DNA from: Acidobacteriota bacterium | GTDB lineage: Bacteria > Acidobacteriota > CAIWXX01 | DNA: 64,000 nt | Assembly: GCA_040755995.1 (NCBI GenBank) | Contig: JBFMAF010000011.1 | Span: 32,001 to 96,000, forward strand | Direction: 5' to 3' | Shown here: one piece after another, positions 1-11,358 of the stretch | Position numbering within the stretch: position 1 is the stretch's first letter | How the letters are laid out: each line of letters opens with the position of its first letter | Position numbers and translations under genes: made by a program | The notes under the pieces: model-generated | The model's input: the letters and a program-made list of their open reading frames with translations, nothing else | Databases searched by the model: none | Told to the model about the DNA's origin: nothing

Positions 1-764
1 CTCGAGTGCGACAGTCGCCCGCAGGCGACCGATTCGCGCAGGTGGAACGGGACTACGAAGAGGCGGTGGAGGAGCGGGCGCGGGCCTCGACTGAGATGAT
101 CGACGCAATGAGAGGAGGCAGGCAGGAGGACATCGCGGAGGCCGAGAGATTCTTCCGAAAGACCTCGGCGAGAGCCGCCCAGGTGCGCGCCGAGGCCGTT
201 GAGATCATCGGAAAATCGGACCCGTCGGCCAACCCGGTCGACACAAACTATGTCTTTCTGAACTTCGTCGTGAACCACCTGCCCGCCGGCATCGTGGGGC
301 TCGTTCTGGCTGCGGTATTCGCCGCGGCGATGTCGTCGACCTCGGCCGAGCTCAACGCGCTCGCGTCCTGCACCGTTGTCGATGTGTACCGGCGTCTCTT
401 TCGCCGCGATGCACCCGAGGGGCGGGCGCTGCTCGTGTCACGTCTCAGCACCGCCTTCTGGGGCGTGTTTGCGGTCGGCTTCGCCGAGTACGCCGGCCGG
501 CTGGGGTCGCTCGTCGAAGCCGTCAACGTGCTCGGATCACTCTTCTATGGCACGATCCTCGGCATCTTCGTCTCGGCCTTCTTCGTGCGCCGGGCCTCCG
601 GCACCTCGACCTGCCTCGCCGCGCTCGCCGCCGAGGCCGCAGTGCTCGCGTGCTTCTTCTTCACCGGAATCTCGTTCCTTTGGTACAACGTGTTTGGCTG
701 CGCGATCGTGGTCTCGCTCTCTTGGGCGCTGAGCCGGCGTTCCCCGTCTTCCGCAGCTCAGTGA
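1..764 (+). CDS. Sodium:solute symporter family protein, C-terminal part (5' end outside window)
   Basis: LPAGIVGLVLAAVFAAAMSSTSAELNALASCTVVDVY is a typical SSS-family segment; multiple TM helices. Confidence 0.85.
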   Translation, partial: RVRQSPAGDRFAQVERDYEEAVEERARASTEMIDAMRGGRQEDIAEAERFFRKTSARAAQVRAEAVEIIGKSDPSANPVDTNYVFLNFVVNHLPAGIVGLVLAAVFAAAMSSTSAELNALASCTVVDVYRRLFRRDAPEGRALLVSRLSTAFWGVFAVGFAEYAGRLGSLVEAVNVLGSLFYGTILGIFVSAFFVRRASGTSTCLAALAAEAAVLACFFFTGISFLWYNVFGCAIVVSLSWALSRRSPSSAAQ

Positions 765-906
765 AGCGCGTCTGGTGCCCGGCGGCCCGCGTTGTATCGC
801 GATGGCCGCGGGGACACGGCCGCCCCGTCACCGCGTCTCCGTGTCTCCGCGTCCCCGCGTCTGTTTCCGTAGAACCTCCGGCCTCCTACTGAGAGGCGGT
901 GCCAAC

Positions 907-1758
907 CTACTTCTTGCCCTTCTCCCATTCTGCGAGGAAGCGCTCGCCGGGCGCAGTGTCAGCCTTGGGCTCGGCGGCCTTGCCCAGCTCGATCGCCTTC
1001 TCCATGGTTGCGATGGCATCTGCTTTCTTGCCAGTTGCCCAGAGGATGCGTGCCTTTCCGTACATTGGATAGTAGCTCGGGTTGATTGCCACCGCCTTCT
1101 CGATCCACGCAGCGGCTTCGGGCAGGGCCACGTTGTTCTCGACGCAGAACATCGCAGCTCTGAACGGCGTGCGCCAGTCCGCCATGGCCTCCCGCGCCTT
1201 CGCAAGCACCTTGTCGACGACGTCGACCTTCACCGTGAAAGCCACCTTCAGCCGGTCCCATGTCAAGGCGACTTCGGCAGACTCGGGCGAAAGCGCCGGG
1301 AAAGAGAACGTCATCCACTCGGTGTACTCCGACTTCTGCGGCTTGACCTTGATCCGCAGCACATCCTGTTCCGGCTTGTACTCGTAGGCCCCCCATTGCT
1401 CCGCACCGCTATTGAAGATGATGGTCCACTCGTCCTTGCCGGGGATCGTGAACAGCCCGTATGTGCCGGCCGCCAGAGGATGCCCGTCCACCGTCACGGC
1501 CTCGCCGAACGTGATTGTAGTGGCCTCGTTGGCACCCGTGCGCCAGACCTGGTCATAGGGAACAAGGTCGCCCCAGATCACACGCCCCTTGACGCCGGGA
1601 CGGCAGTACAAGATCTTGACCTCGGTGAAGCCGACCACCTGCGACACCGTGGCCTTCGGGCTGACTCTCGGAACATCGAGCTGGGCTTGTGCAATAAGAC
1701 AGGGTGTGGCGGCGACGATCGCCGTGAGCACCATTGCAGCAACTAACGACTTCTTCAC
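907..1758 (-). CDS. DUF2911 domain protein with C-terminal TPR-like helices, secreted
   Basis: PRVSPKATVSQ, YCRPGVKGRVIWGDLVPYDQVWRTGANEAT motifs; GTG start at 1758 after AGGAG; signal peptide. Confidence 0.85.
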   Translation of the reverse strand: MKKSLVAAMVLTAIVAATPCLIAQAQLDVPRVSPKATVSQVVGFTEVKILYCRPGVKGRVIWGDLVPYDQVWRTGANEATTITFGEAVTVDGHPLAAGTYGLFTIPGKDEWTIIFNSGAEQWGAYEYKPEQDVLRIKVKPQKSEYTEWMTFSFPALSPESAEVALTWDRLKVAFTVKVDVVDKVLAKAREAMADWRTPFRAAMFCVENNVALPEAAAWIEKAVAINPSYYPMYGKARILWATGKKADAIATMEKAIELGKAAEPKADTAPGERFLAEWEKGKK

Positions 1759-2033
1759 TTGCGATTCTCCTTTCCTGGAAAGCTGTCTGCCCCGTCGCCC
1801 CGAGCCGTGAGGGGCAGCGAAAGGCAGCAGACCGGATGCTAGCACGGTCGGTGGCTTTGTGGAAGGCATCCATCGGGCCTTCTGCTGCCCGCCGGCTGAT
1901 TCTCAGGACCTGGGGCAGCATGGCGCCGAACGGTGATTTCGCTCGAAAAGTATAATGAATGTGTATGAAGGCGGACTGAGGAGCACCGGAGTGGGAGGCT
2001 GATCGGTGTTACTCCATTGAAGGGAGGTTTCCA

Positions 2034-2966
2034 ATGTCACTTCGTCCCATTAGACGAATAGCGAAGTCCAAACCCACGATCGAAGGCGCGGGAGTACACC
2101 TGCGGCGCGCCTTCGGCTTCGGAAACACGTCGGATTTCGATCCATTTCTGCTTCTCGACGATTTCCGCAACGACGTTCCGGAAGATTACCTGGCCGGCTT
2201 TCCCTGGCATCCTCACCGGGGGATTGAGACGGTAACCTACGTTCTCGGAGGCACCGTAGAGCACGGCGACAGTCTGGGAAACCGCGGCGTCATCGGCGCC
2301 GGCGACGTCCAGTGGATGACGGCGGGAAGCGGGATCATCCACCAGGAGATGCCGAAAGGCGATGAGGGAGGGCGGATGCACGGCTTTCAGCTGTGGGTCA
2401 ACCTTCCAGCCTCGCTAAAAATGACGGCACCCCGGTATCAGGAGGTGAAAGCGGCTGACATCCCCGAGATCAGCGATGACGACGGTACTCGAGTCCGGAT
2501 ACTGTGCGGAAGCTTCGGCGGCAAGAACGGGCCCGTCGATGGTGTCGCGTCGGATCCCATCTACCTGGATGTGTCGGTGCCCCCAGGCAAGAGGAAGATG
2601 CTGCCTGTCGAAATGGCACACCACGCGTTCGCGTACGTCTTCGCCGGCGAGGGGAGGTTCTGCAACGCCTCCGGTCCTCTCGCGGTGCCGACTGAACCTG
2701 TCGGGTGGTGGGACACCAGGCCTCCAGTCCACGCGGACAACCGATCTCTCATCCTTTTCGACCGGGGCGACGAAGTTCAAGTGCAGGCGGGAGAGGACGG
2801 CATCCGCTTTCTTCTCGTTTCAGGGCAGCCGCTTCACGAGCCCGTGGCGTGGTACGGTCCGATCGTGATGAACACCCAAGAACAGCTCCGGCAGGCTTTC
2901 GAAGAGCTCGAACGTGGAACGTTTCTACGGACGGGTAACGACGCTGTTGGCAAACCCCATCGGTAG
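2034..2966 (+). CDS. Pirin family protein
   Basis: DPFLLLDDF, GFPWHPHRGIETVTY, WMTAGSGIIHQEMP, GPIVMNT motifs; GGGAGG RBS; TATAAT at 1951-1956. Confidence 0.95.
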   Translation: MSLRPIRRIAKSKPTIEGAGVHLRRAFGFGNTSDFDPFLLLDDFRNDVPEDYLAGFPWHPHRGIETVTYVLGGTVEHGDSLGNRGVIGAGDVQWMTAGSGIIHQEMPKGDEGGRMHGFQLWVNLPASLKMTAPRYQEVKAADIPEISDDDGTRVRILCGSFGGKNGPVDGVASDPIYLDVSVPPGKRKMLPVEMAHHAFAYVFAGEGRFCNASGPLAVPTEPVGWWDTRPPVHADNRSLILFDRGDEVQVQAGEDGIRFLLVSGQPLHEPVAWYGPIVMNTQEQLRQAFEELERGTFLRTGNDAVGKPHR

Positions 2967-3217
2967 GCCGGCACCGTTTTGGCGTCCTTTGCCGGCGGCA
3001 GAAAGCGCCTACGTACGTAGTGCCTGGTTGCGTTCTTGGGCGAGGACGGTATTGGGGCCGCGATCCGAGCAGGAAGGAGAACGCGTCGAATAGCCAATAC
3101 AGGATCATCCTCACGTAGAGGGACACGGCGCCGGCTGGCACATGCCGCGCGCGTTCTCTTACATCAAGTGGGAAGGATCCCATGGCAGCTGCGATTAAGC
3201 AGGAATAGTAGGCGTGA

Positions 3218-4288
3218 TCAAGCATGATCGCATGCCCCAAGGATGTCCTGCAGCCACGTCTCTATCCGATCTCCCATGCTTCTCATGGAGAACTCCGCCT
3301 CCGCTTGTCTCCGGCACGCCGCGCGATCGATCTGGCCGATGTGACCAATCGCCCGAACTAGGTCGTCGACATCATCTGGCGGAACGAGGAATCCTGTCTC
3401 GCGGTCGCGGACTATTTCAACGAGCCCGCCGCGCCGGTACGCGACGACCGGGACACCGCAAGCTAGCGACTCCATCGCCACGTTCCCGAAGGCCTCATCC
3501 CATCTCGGTGTCATGATCAGCGCACGGCACTTGCCGATCCTCGCCTGGAACTGCCTGGTGGGCAGAAACCCCTCGTGGCAGGTATCGGTCCCAGGATATT
3601 GCCGGCAGATCTCCTCCCAGTACGCCGAGTCCGAGATGGCGCCAAGAATCCGAATGGACGACCCGGCGAGCCGTGCGGCTGCGATCGCGTGGTCCAGCCC
3701 CTTCTCGGGCGCAATCCTACCGGCCCAGCCGAGGCAGTCGTCTGGCTGCAAACAGAGGTCGTAGATCGACAGGTCCAATCCGTTAGATACGCACCTCAGG
3801 AGTTGTGGAAATCGGTATGTGCGCGCCTGGGCCAATGTGTGGACGGCAACCGTACCCGGAAAGCGGGTCGCTACGTCTTGAATGGCGCGGTCCATGAGAT
3901 CATTGAGCGAGCACATGCTCACGAGGTGCGCCACGGGCCGGCTCAGGATCGGTGTGAGCTGGAAAGGCAGCAGATCGTACGCGAAGTTGACCAGCAGGTC
4001 GTAGCCGGCGTGCAGGGCGCGAGCATGGTCCCACACTTGCGCCAGCGCCGAGCCGGCCGACACGACGAGGCGCGAGTCGCGAGGCATGGTCTGCATGGGC
4101 ACCTGATGGCTTCCATGAACCTCGATGATCCGCAGTCCCGCCGCGCGGCTTCCGGACGGTGCGACGATATCGACCTCGTGCCCGCGCGCCACCATCTCTC
4201 GTGCGATGTTCGTCAGAGTCAACTCGACACCGCCGCCCGCCCCACTGCCAATAGGCCCGACTGGAGTCGAAAGGAACAGCAGTCTCAT
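3218..4288 (-). CDS. Glycosyltransferase family 4
   Basis: GGGVE N-terminus, GRIAPEKG, EAFGNVAMESLACGVPVV GT-B motifs. Confidence 0.9.
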   Translation of the reverse strand: MRLLFLSTPVGPIGSGAGGGVELTLTNIAREMVARGHEVDIVAPSGSRAAGLRIIEVHGSHQVPMQTMPRDSRLVVSAGSALAQVWDHARALHAGYDLLVNFAYDLLPFQLTPILSRPVAHLVSMCSLNDLMDRAIQDVATRFPGTVAVHTLAQARTYRFPQLLRCVSNGLDLSIYDLCLQPDDCLGWAGRIAPEKGLDHAIAAARLAGSSIRILGAISDSAYWEEICRQYPGTDTCHEGFLPTRQFQARIGKCRALIMTPRWDEAFGNVAMESLACGVPVVAYRRGGLVEIVRDRETGFLVPPDDVDDLVRAIGHIGQIDRAACRRQAEAEFSMRSMGDRIETWLQDILGACDHA

Positions 4289-4551
4289 GCCAGTGCGGAG
4301 TCGTCGAGCAGTGCGTCACCGGCCTCGCCCCCAGCTCCGACGCATAGTTTCCCTGCCTCGGGATCGCCGATACTGGCCGACTCGCGGACGAACACCAGCC
4401 GCCTGCTGAAATCCACTGGCTCCCGACTGAGACGGAGATGGAAGCGGGGCGATAGCTCGGCCTCGCCCATGGAGCTGCCGACTTCGGGCAGTCCTTCGGT
4501 CCCTGTGAGAATGCGGACGGTCGTAATGCGCCGGCGTAGGATCACGGCTGG

Positions 4552-4580
4552 AGTGTAGGGCTGAGGTGCCTTGATGTCAA
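4552..4580 (-). promoter_or_regulatory. Putative sigma70 promoter upstream of GT4
   Basis: TTGACA-17 nt-TACACT on minus strand. Confidence 0.5.
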
Positions 4581-4734
4581 CGGCTCGCAGGAGCCGAGGA
4601 GCCGGGCGGAACCCTCCCGGCATGGCCTGTCGGGGTTAAGGGTGGTAGGAATCAGAGGGGCCCGGCCGGGGATCCAGTCGGGAAGCTCCTGGCCGCGGCA
4701 GTCTTTGCCTCGGCGGGCTCCCTTCGACAGGCGA

Positions 4735-5373
4735 TCAGAGCTTCATGCCCGGCTGATACCTGACCTCCTCGCCATGGCAATTACCGCACGCCGGCTTCTG
4801 ATCGTAAAGGCGTCCAGTGTGACAGTCCTGACATTCGAGCTCTTTGTGAATCACAAGGGGAATACCCACGACCTGGTCGTGTCTGAAGTTGGTCGAATTC
4901 CACGCCGAGTGACATTCAGGGCAGGTGGCGGGGACGTGGAAGTAGTCGTACAGATCCTTGTGACAGTATGTGCACTGCAGGCGCTGGTGACGGCGGCCTA
5001 GAGGAAACCCGGTCAGGCTATGATCGAATCCCCGCGGATCAGCAAATCGCAGGGGATAATCTCTCGTGCGATGCTCGACATGGCATCTGGGGCATTCGAT
5101 CCTATGGTCCCTGTGCAGGGGAGACGGCGAGTCTGCCGCGGTGAAATCAGCATGGCAGTTGAGGCACCGCGCGACTGCGACACCTCGGTATGGCACGTGG
5201 CAGTTGCCGCAGTTGGCATCGAGGCCCGCATGAGATTCTGAAAGAGCGGATGGCATCCACCAGGCAGGGCGGTACAGACTCCAGGCCCAGATCAGAAGCC
5301 CGAGCGTCAGGCCGTAGCTCCATCCCCAGCGAGTTGACCTCGACGCCGGGCGTTCGTCCATCTGGTGCTCCAT
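4735..5373 (-). CDS. Membrane-anchored heptaheme cytochrome c
   Basis: 7 CxxCH motifs (CGNCH, CLNCH, CPRCH, CTYCH, CPECH, CQDCH, CGNCH); N-terminal TM; ATG at 5373 overlaps the upstream stop (TGATG). Confidence 0.9.
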   Translation of the reverse strand: MEHQMDERPASRSTRWGWSYGLTLGLLIWAWSLYRPAWWMPSALSESHAGLDANCGNCHVPYRGVAVARCLNCHADFTAADSPSPLHRDHRIECPRCHVEHRTRDYPLRFADPRGFDHSLTGFPLGRRHQRLQCTYCHKDLYDYFHVPATCPECHSAWNSTNFRHDQVVGIPLVIHKELECQDCHTGRLYDQKPACGNCHGEEVRYQPGMKL

Positions 5374-6212
5374 CAGAACCTCCACACGGCCCACGCGTGA
5401 AGGCCCGCCGCGATGAAGAACGTGATAGTCAGAGGGAAATGGACCAGGCGCCAGAGCGAAAAAAGCTCGTCAGCCATCTGAGTGGTACGGCTCGCGCGCT
5501 CGATTTCCAGGAGCAGACGGTAGTGGTGCCTCTGCATTTCCGCCAGACGGCGTTCCATCTTGTAAGCAGCACTGAGTCTGTCCTTCAGTCTCCGGATGAC
5601 TACGAGATAGGAAAGGTAGTCCTTCAGCAGGGAGAAGATGGCACTTGGCTTCTTGCTGAGCGCCGCCCCCGCGATCTGTTTCTCATGCCTGTCCAGACTG
5701 GTCCTCGCGCAGGCTTCTTCGATCAGCTCGTGAACCTCCATGGTGCTGACGTGGCGCTCCGCCAGCCTGAGACTCAACGTCTCGATCTCGGACTCGAGCT
5801 GTCTTCGCCTCTCCTGACGCTCCTCGACCGTTCTCTTGAGGCCGCGGCGCAGGTAGAGACCGACGAAGCCGGACAAGCTGACAATCCACATGAGAATCCC
5901 TGCAAGGCCCGCGATGCCGTAACTCTTCCCATATCCGTGGATCTCGATGAGCACCGGTCCGGCCAGCCCCAGCACCGTGTGGAGGCTGAGCCAGAAGCGC
6001 GCGGAACCCCACGGCAGCCATTTCCTTCGGCCCAAGCTATAGCTCATGCTCAGGAGGATGCAGATTGTCCCGAGCACTCCGGCCCAGATGTGCGTGGTTT
6101 GGACAAAGACCCACAATGGGCGATAGCTCCAGAATCGATAGGCGTATCCGATGCGCCACATAACAAGAAAGAGGAGCGTCGAAACCAGGCCCACGAGGCT
6201 GGCCTTCCGCAT
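5373..6212 (-). CDS. Membrane protein with intramembrane His residues (ferric-reductase/cytochrome b-like partner of the multiheme cytochrome)
   Basis: HIWAG, WLSLHTVLG, IEIHG, WRLVHFPL, GLHAW in or near TM helices; central coiled-coil; translationally coupled to the cytochrome. Confidence 0.7.
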   Translation of the reverse strand: MRKASLVGLVSTLLFLVMWRIGYAYRFWSYRPLWVFVQTTHIWAGVLGTICILLSMSYSLGRRKWLPWGSARFWLSLHTVLGLAGPVLIEIHGYGKSYGIAGLAGILMWIVSLSGFVGLYLRRGLKRTVEERQERRRQLESEIETLSLRLAERHVSTMEVHELIEEACARTSLDRHEKQIAGAALSKKPSAIFSLLKDYLSYLVVIRRLKDRLSAAYKMERRLAEMQRHHYRLLLEIERASRTTQMADELFSLWRLVHFPLTITFFIAAGLHAWAVWRF

Positions 6213-6589
6213 GACTACCGCAAGTTAGCGCCGTAGGCCCTGTATTGTCAAACACGGTTCGGGAGAAGATGCGCACCTCTGTTCACGAGGTATCGCACTC
6301 TGCCCAACCGATCAGACCTTTCGCCAAGAGCACCGAGAAGACGCTAGCCTCGAAGAGAACGCGCATGGAGCGCGGGAGCAAGATTGAAGGAACGGTCCCA
6401 GACGAGCGACGGGCCATGACGCGCGTGTGCTCGGTGCCGTCGCTGAGGAATGGGCGGCCCAGCGAGTCGTATTCAGAGCGGGCAGAGCAACTGCTGAGCC
6501 ACTTCGGCGCCGGTTGTCGCCATATGGAGTGAAGGGGCAGAGGTGGCGGGGCCGGCCCCGAGAAGCACGGAGTCAGCGAGGAGGATACC

Positions 6590-7471
6590 ATGACAAGCAT
6601 CAATACCGGTACGCCGGTCGCGGTGACCATCAACAACAGCCACATGCCGGTGGACCCGAAAGAGGTCAAAGGCGGCGGCCGGCCGGTCGACGTAACGATC
6701 AACAACAGCCACAGGCCCACGGGTCCCGAGGTGGCGGCACCAGGCGGCGCGGACCATTTCGAGCGACAGGGAACGGGTATCTTCGATGAGATGCTCGGGG
6801 GAAAGGGCATTCCGCAAGGAGAGATGGCGGTCGGTCCGGAATGGAGCCGCCCTGCGGCGACCGCGGGAGCCAAGACGCAAGCGGAGCAGGTAGATCCTGA
6901 CAACCGCCCGCCATTGCCTTCACTGGTTCAGGTGGACTTCACGCGCAAGAACTGGATGAGATACCTGACGCAGGGATATCCCGGGCTGCCCGCCGATGGG
7001 GCCAAGTTGAAGTGGGGCAACATCAATGACAAGAAGAAAATGACGGTGTTCGATCCGGATGGCAATAGGATCGATGTGCCCTGCTCGTCGATCCCACCGC
7101 AGAAGGCAGCGACCAACACGCGGGAGATGGCCCAAAAGAAGATCGGCGACTATGTCTACACCGGCAGGGACGAGTACAAGAACGGCGAGCTGGTGCGTTC
7201 GGAGCGAACCCGCACCGATCCACAAAGCTCACGACTGTACAAGTATGAATGGACTCGCAACAAAGATGGGACGACGACGACCCGCGAAACAACCATTGAT
7301 CCCCAGGGGACTCCATCGAGCCAGACAGATACGAAGACACACGATCGAAACGGTAAGCTCATCAAGCAGTCGTCAACCAAACCGATGAAGCACCCCGGCT
7401 ACGCCCCTGACGTCAAGGAACTGAGACCGGAGCCGAACCAGCCGCCGCTGCCTCCCAAGCCCAGCAGGTAG
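6590..7471 (+). CDS. Hypothetical protein, low-complexity N-terminus with duplicated PVxVTINNSH, Pro-rich C-terminus
   Basis: GAGGAGG RBS, 293-aa ORF, coding-like codon usage; no family recognised. Confidence 0.7.
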   Translation: MTSINTGTPVAVTINNSHMPVDPKEVKGGGRPVDVTINNSHRPTGPEVAAPGGADHFERQGTGIFDEMLGGKGIPQGEMAVGPEWSRPAATAGAKTQAEQVDPDNRPPLPSLVQVDFTRKNWMRYLTQGYPGLPADGAKLKWGNINDKKKMTVFDPDGNRIDVPCSSIPPQKAATNTREMAQKKIGDYVYTGRDEYKNGELVRSERTRTDPQSSRLYKYEWTRNKDGTTTTRETTIDPQGTPSSQTDTKTHDRNGKLIKQSSTKPMKHPGYAPDVKELRPEPNQPPLPPKPSR

Positions 7472-7556
7472 GCGACAGGCGGGCGACGGAGCGAGGCAGG
7501 TGATCGGGCAACGTGTCAGCTGAGAAACCTCCATCAAGCGGCGTCTGACTGCCTGC

Positions 7557-9110
7557 TCAGGCGGCTGCCCAATCTGCCGAGAACACCTCCGCCTGCTCCA
7601 GCACCGTCTGCGTCGCCTTCTCCTGCTTGTCAGGCGGGTAGCCGTGCTTGCGGAGGACGCGCTTCACGAGGACGCGAAGCTGCGCACGCACGTTCTCGCG
7701 CAGGGTCCAGTCGATCGTGACGTTCTTACGGACCGTGTCGACCAGCTCGCGTGCGATCGCGCGGAGCGTCTCATCACCGAGCACCTTCACGGCGCTGTCG
7801 TTGGTCTCGAGCGCGTCGTAGAAGGCCAGCTCATCCTCGGAGAGCCCAAGCACCTCACCGCGCGCGTCCGTCTGGCGCATGTCCTTGGCGAGCTGGATCA
7901 GCTCCTCGATCACCTGTGCCGCCTCGATGGCCCGGTTCTGGTACCGGCGAATGGTCAGCTCGAGCATCTCGGCGAAGGAGCGCGCTTGCACGATGTTCTT
8001 GCGCTGGCGCGTGCTGAGCTCACCCTTGAGCAGCTTCTGTAGCAGCTCGACTGCGAGGTTCTTGTGCGGCATGTCGCGGACCTGGGCCAGGAACTGGTCG
8101 GTGAGGATCGAGATATCGGGCTTGGCCAGTCCCGCCGCGGCGAAGATGTCCACGACGCCTTCAGGCGTCACTGCACGTGAGATTATCTGCCGGATCGCCT
8201 GGTCGAGCTCCACCTCGGGCCGGGGTTCGCCAGGTGCACGTTTGACCAGAACGGCTCGCACGGACTGGAAGAACGCCACGTCGTCCCGGATGCGCAGCGC
8301 CTCAGGGTGTGGCACTGCCAGCGCGAAGGCGCACGACAACTCCCGCACCGCCTTCAAGAAGCGGTCTTTGCCGTTCTCCTGGCACAGAACGTGCTCCTGA
8401 GCGGCAGGCAGCAGTCCGAGCCGCTCTTGCGGCGTGCCGTTCGGCCATCGAGACCAGTCGAACCCGTGCAAGAGGCCGCAGCAGACCTCGTACTTCTCCA
8501 GCATCACCGCCACGGCCTCTTCCTGGTCGAGCGCGGTGCCACCGGTGCCCCCACTCTCCGTGTAGGTCGCGAGCGCCGCTTTGAGCTCGTGGGCAAGTCC
8601 CAGGTAATCGACGACGAGCCCACCCGGCTTGTCGCGGAAGACTCGGTTCACGCGCGCGATCGCCTGCATCAGCCCGTGGCCGCGCATGGGCTTGTCCACG
8701 TACATCGTGTGCAGGCTTGGCGCGTCGAAGCCGGTTAGCCACATGTCGCGCACGAGCACGATCTGTAGCGGATCGGCGGCGTCCCGGAAACGGTTGGCGA
8801 GAGCCTCCCGCCGAGCCTTGTTCCGGATGTGTGGCTGCCAGTCGACGGGATCCGAGGCCGATCCCGTCATCACGACCTTGATGAGGCCTTGATGGTCGTC
8901 CTCGTGGTGCCAGCCCGCACTCAGGCGGACCAACTCACGGTACAGCTCGACACAGATGCGGCGGCTCATGCACACTACCATAGCCTTGCCGTCCAGGGCA
9001 TCGAGGCGCTTGCCGAAGTGATCGATGATGTCCTGAGCAACCTCCTTCAGGCGCTTCTCGGAGCCGACGATGGCCTCGAGCTGCGCCCACTTGCTCTTGA
9101 GCTTCTCCGA
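7557..9110 (-). pseudogene. hsdR: Type I restriction subunit R, C-terminal half only (helicase C + DUF3387)
   Basis: [46 protein letters not shown]; nuclease and Walker A/DEAH domains absent; abuts tcmP sequence at ~9110. Confidence 0.9.
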
Positions 9111-9730
9111 GGTCCGAACAGCTGTCCTTGGCGCGAAGGTCTGTACACAACGTTCTTCCACGATTCATCTCCCCAAAAGGCGTTCATCCGTTGAATCTGT
9201 GTGTGTGCCACGCCGTCATGGTCACGCCAAAGAACGTTGCGGTTCATGTCGGCGATAGGGAAATTCAAGAAGATCTCCACGGATTCCATGCGGCCGGCCT
9301 GGGCGATGACCCTCCAGTCCAGATGCAGTCCGTATGGATCCAGCATGCAGAGCGCTCGTTTGTACTCCCCCTATTTCACCTGTGGTAGGACTTCGTCCAG
9401 TAAGACCCGATTGCAGTCGCCGTGATGGATATGGACATCAGGCCGTTGCTTTGCGAGGTTCTCCAAGGCCTCCACTTTTCTTACATCGAGATCGATGAAG
9501 TGGTACTGCCGAAAGGGGGGTTTGACCAAGAGAGCGTTCATGGGGCTTCCCGAGACGAAATCACCGGTAGTCCGAGAGAAGTGAATGCCCGCACCCGCGA
9601 AAGCGTCGATGTAGATATGGTGCAGCGGGGGCTCCTTCTGTGCGCTGAGGATTTTCGAGTACGCCGCTGCATACTCCTTGATGATATCGAGCTTCACCTC
9701 TGACCAGTAGCCAACCTGGTCGAATGGCAT
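9111..9730 (-). pseudogene. tcmP: Three-Cys-motif partner protein (TcmP-like), in-frame TAG at 9371-9373 and 3' truncation
   Basis: WSEVKLDIIKEY, YIDAFAGAG, GSP; frame continues past the stop into RALCMLDPYG...EIFLNF...FWGDESW. Confidence 0.8.
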
Positions 9731-9742
9731 TCCCTGGGGGGG

Positions 9743-10963
<1,221 letters not shown>

Positions 10964-10975
<12 letters not shown>

Positions 10976-11019
10976 GCCCAAACTCCTTCATTTCGGCGGC
11001 AGCGACGGCACCCAGGCTC
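10964..11019 (-). repeat. Degenerate copy 3 of hsdM 3' end plus coupled start, upstream of hsdS
   Basis: Translates as AVAAAEMKEFGHGG* versus hsd[15 protein letters not shown]. Confidence 0.65.
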
Positions 11020-11199
11020 GGCCCCTTGAATGGCACGTCAACTCGAGAATACGCGAGCCGTGCGAGTAATTGCATGCGTGCAATTCCCGTCCATATCCGT
11101 GCAATTCTGGCGGTCACTTCGCGCCGCTCCGCGGGTTCACACCGGTCTGCTTTGAATCACTTGGTCGCTCCTTAGTGACCGACGGGATGCATTTGGAGT

Positions 11200-11300
11200 T
11201 CTCCATATGTTTGGACGCCCGCTCATGAAACGCTCCCTTCTTCTTGCCGTGCATGGCGAGCTCGTCGCGCCCGACCAGCCGGGCCAGGAGGTCGCGCGCG
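11200..11300 (-). pseudogene. Second winged-HTH tail remnant
   Basis: ARDLLARLVGRDELAMHGKKKGAFHER aligns with ATRLLDRLVKDGRLLRHGERRGAWYER of the neighbouring ORF. Confidence 0.55.
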
Positions 11301-11358
11301 GGCGGTTTATGTGCGGCGCTCATATATTTGAGCGGTCTCCAAATCGTTGTGTGCGCGC

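Noticed and set aside
4285..4623. 112-aa ORF overlapping the GT4 start (ATGA)
   Set aside because: No recognisable domain and it spans the predicted promoter; a shorter version cannot be excluded
9371..9373. Pyrrolysine or recoding readthrough of TAG in tcmP
   Set aside because: TAG is a normal stop for many genes here (atpA, atpG, atpD) and the gene is also 3'-truncated
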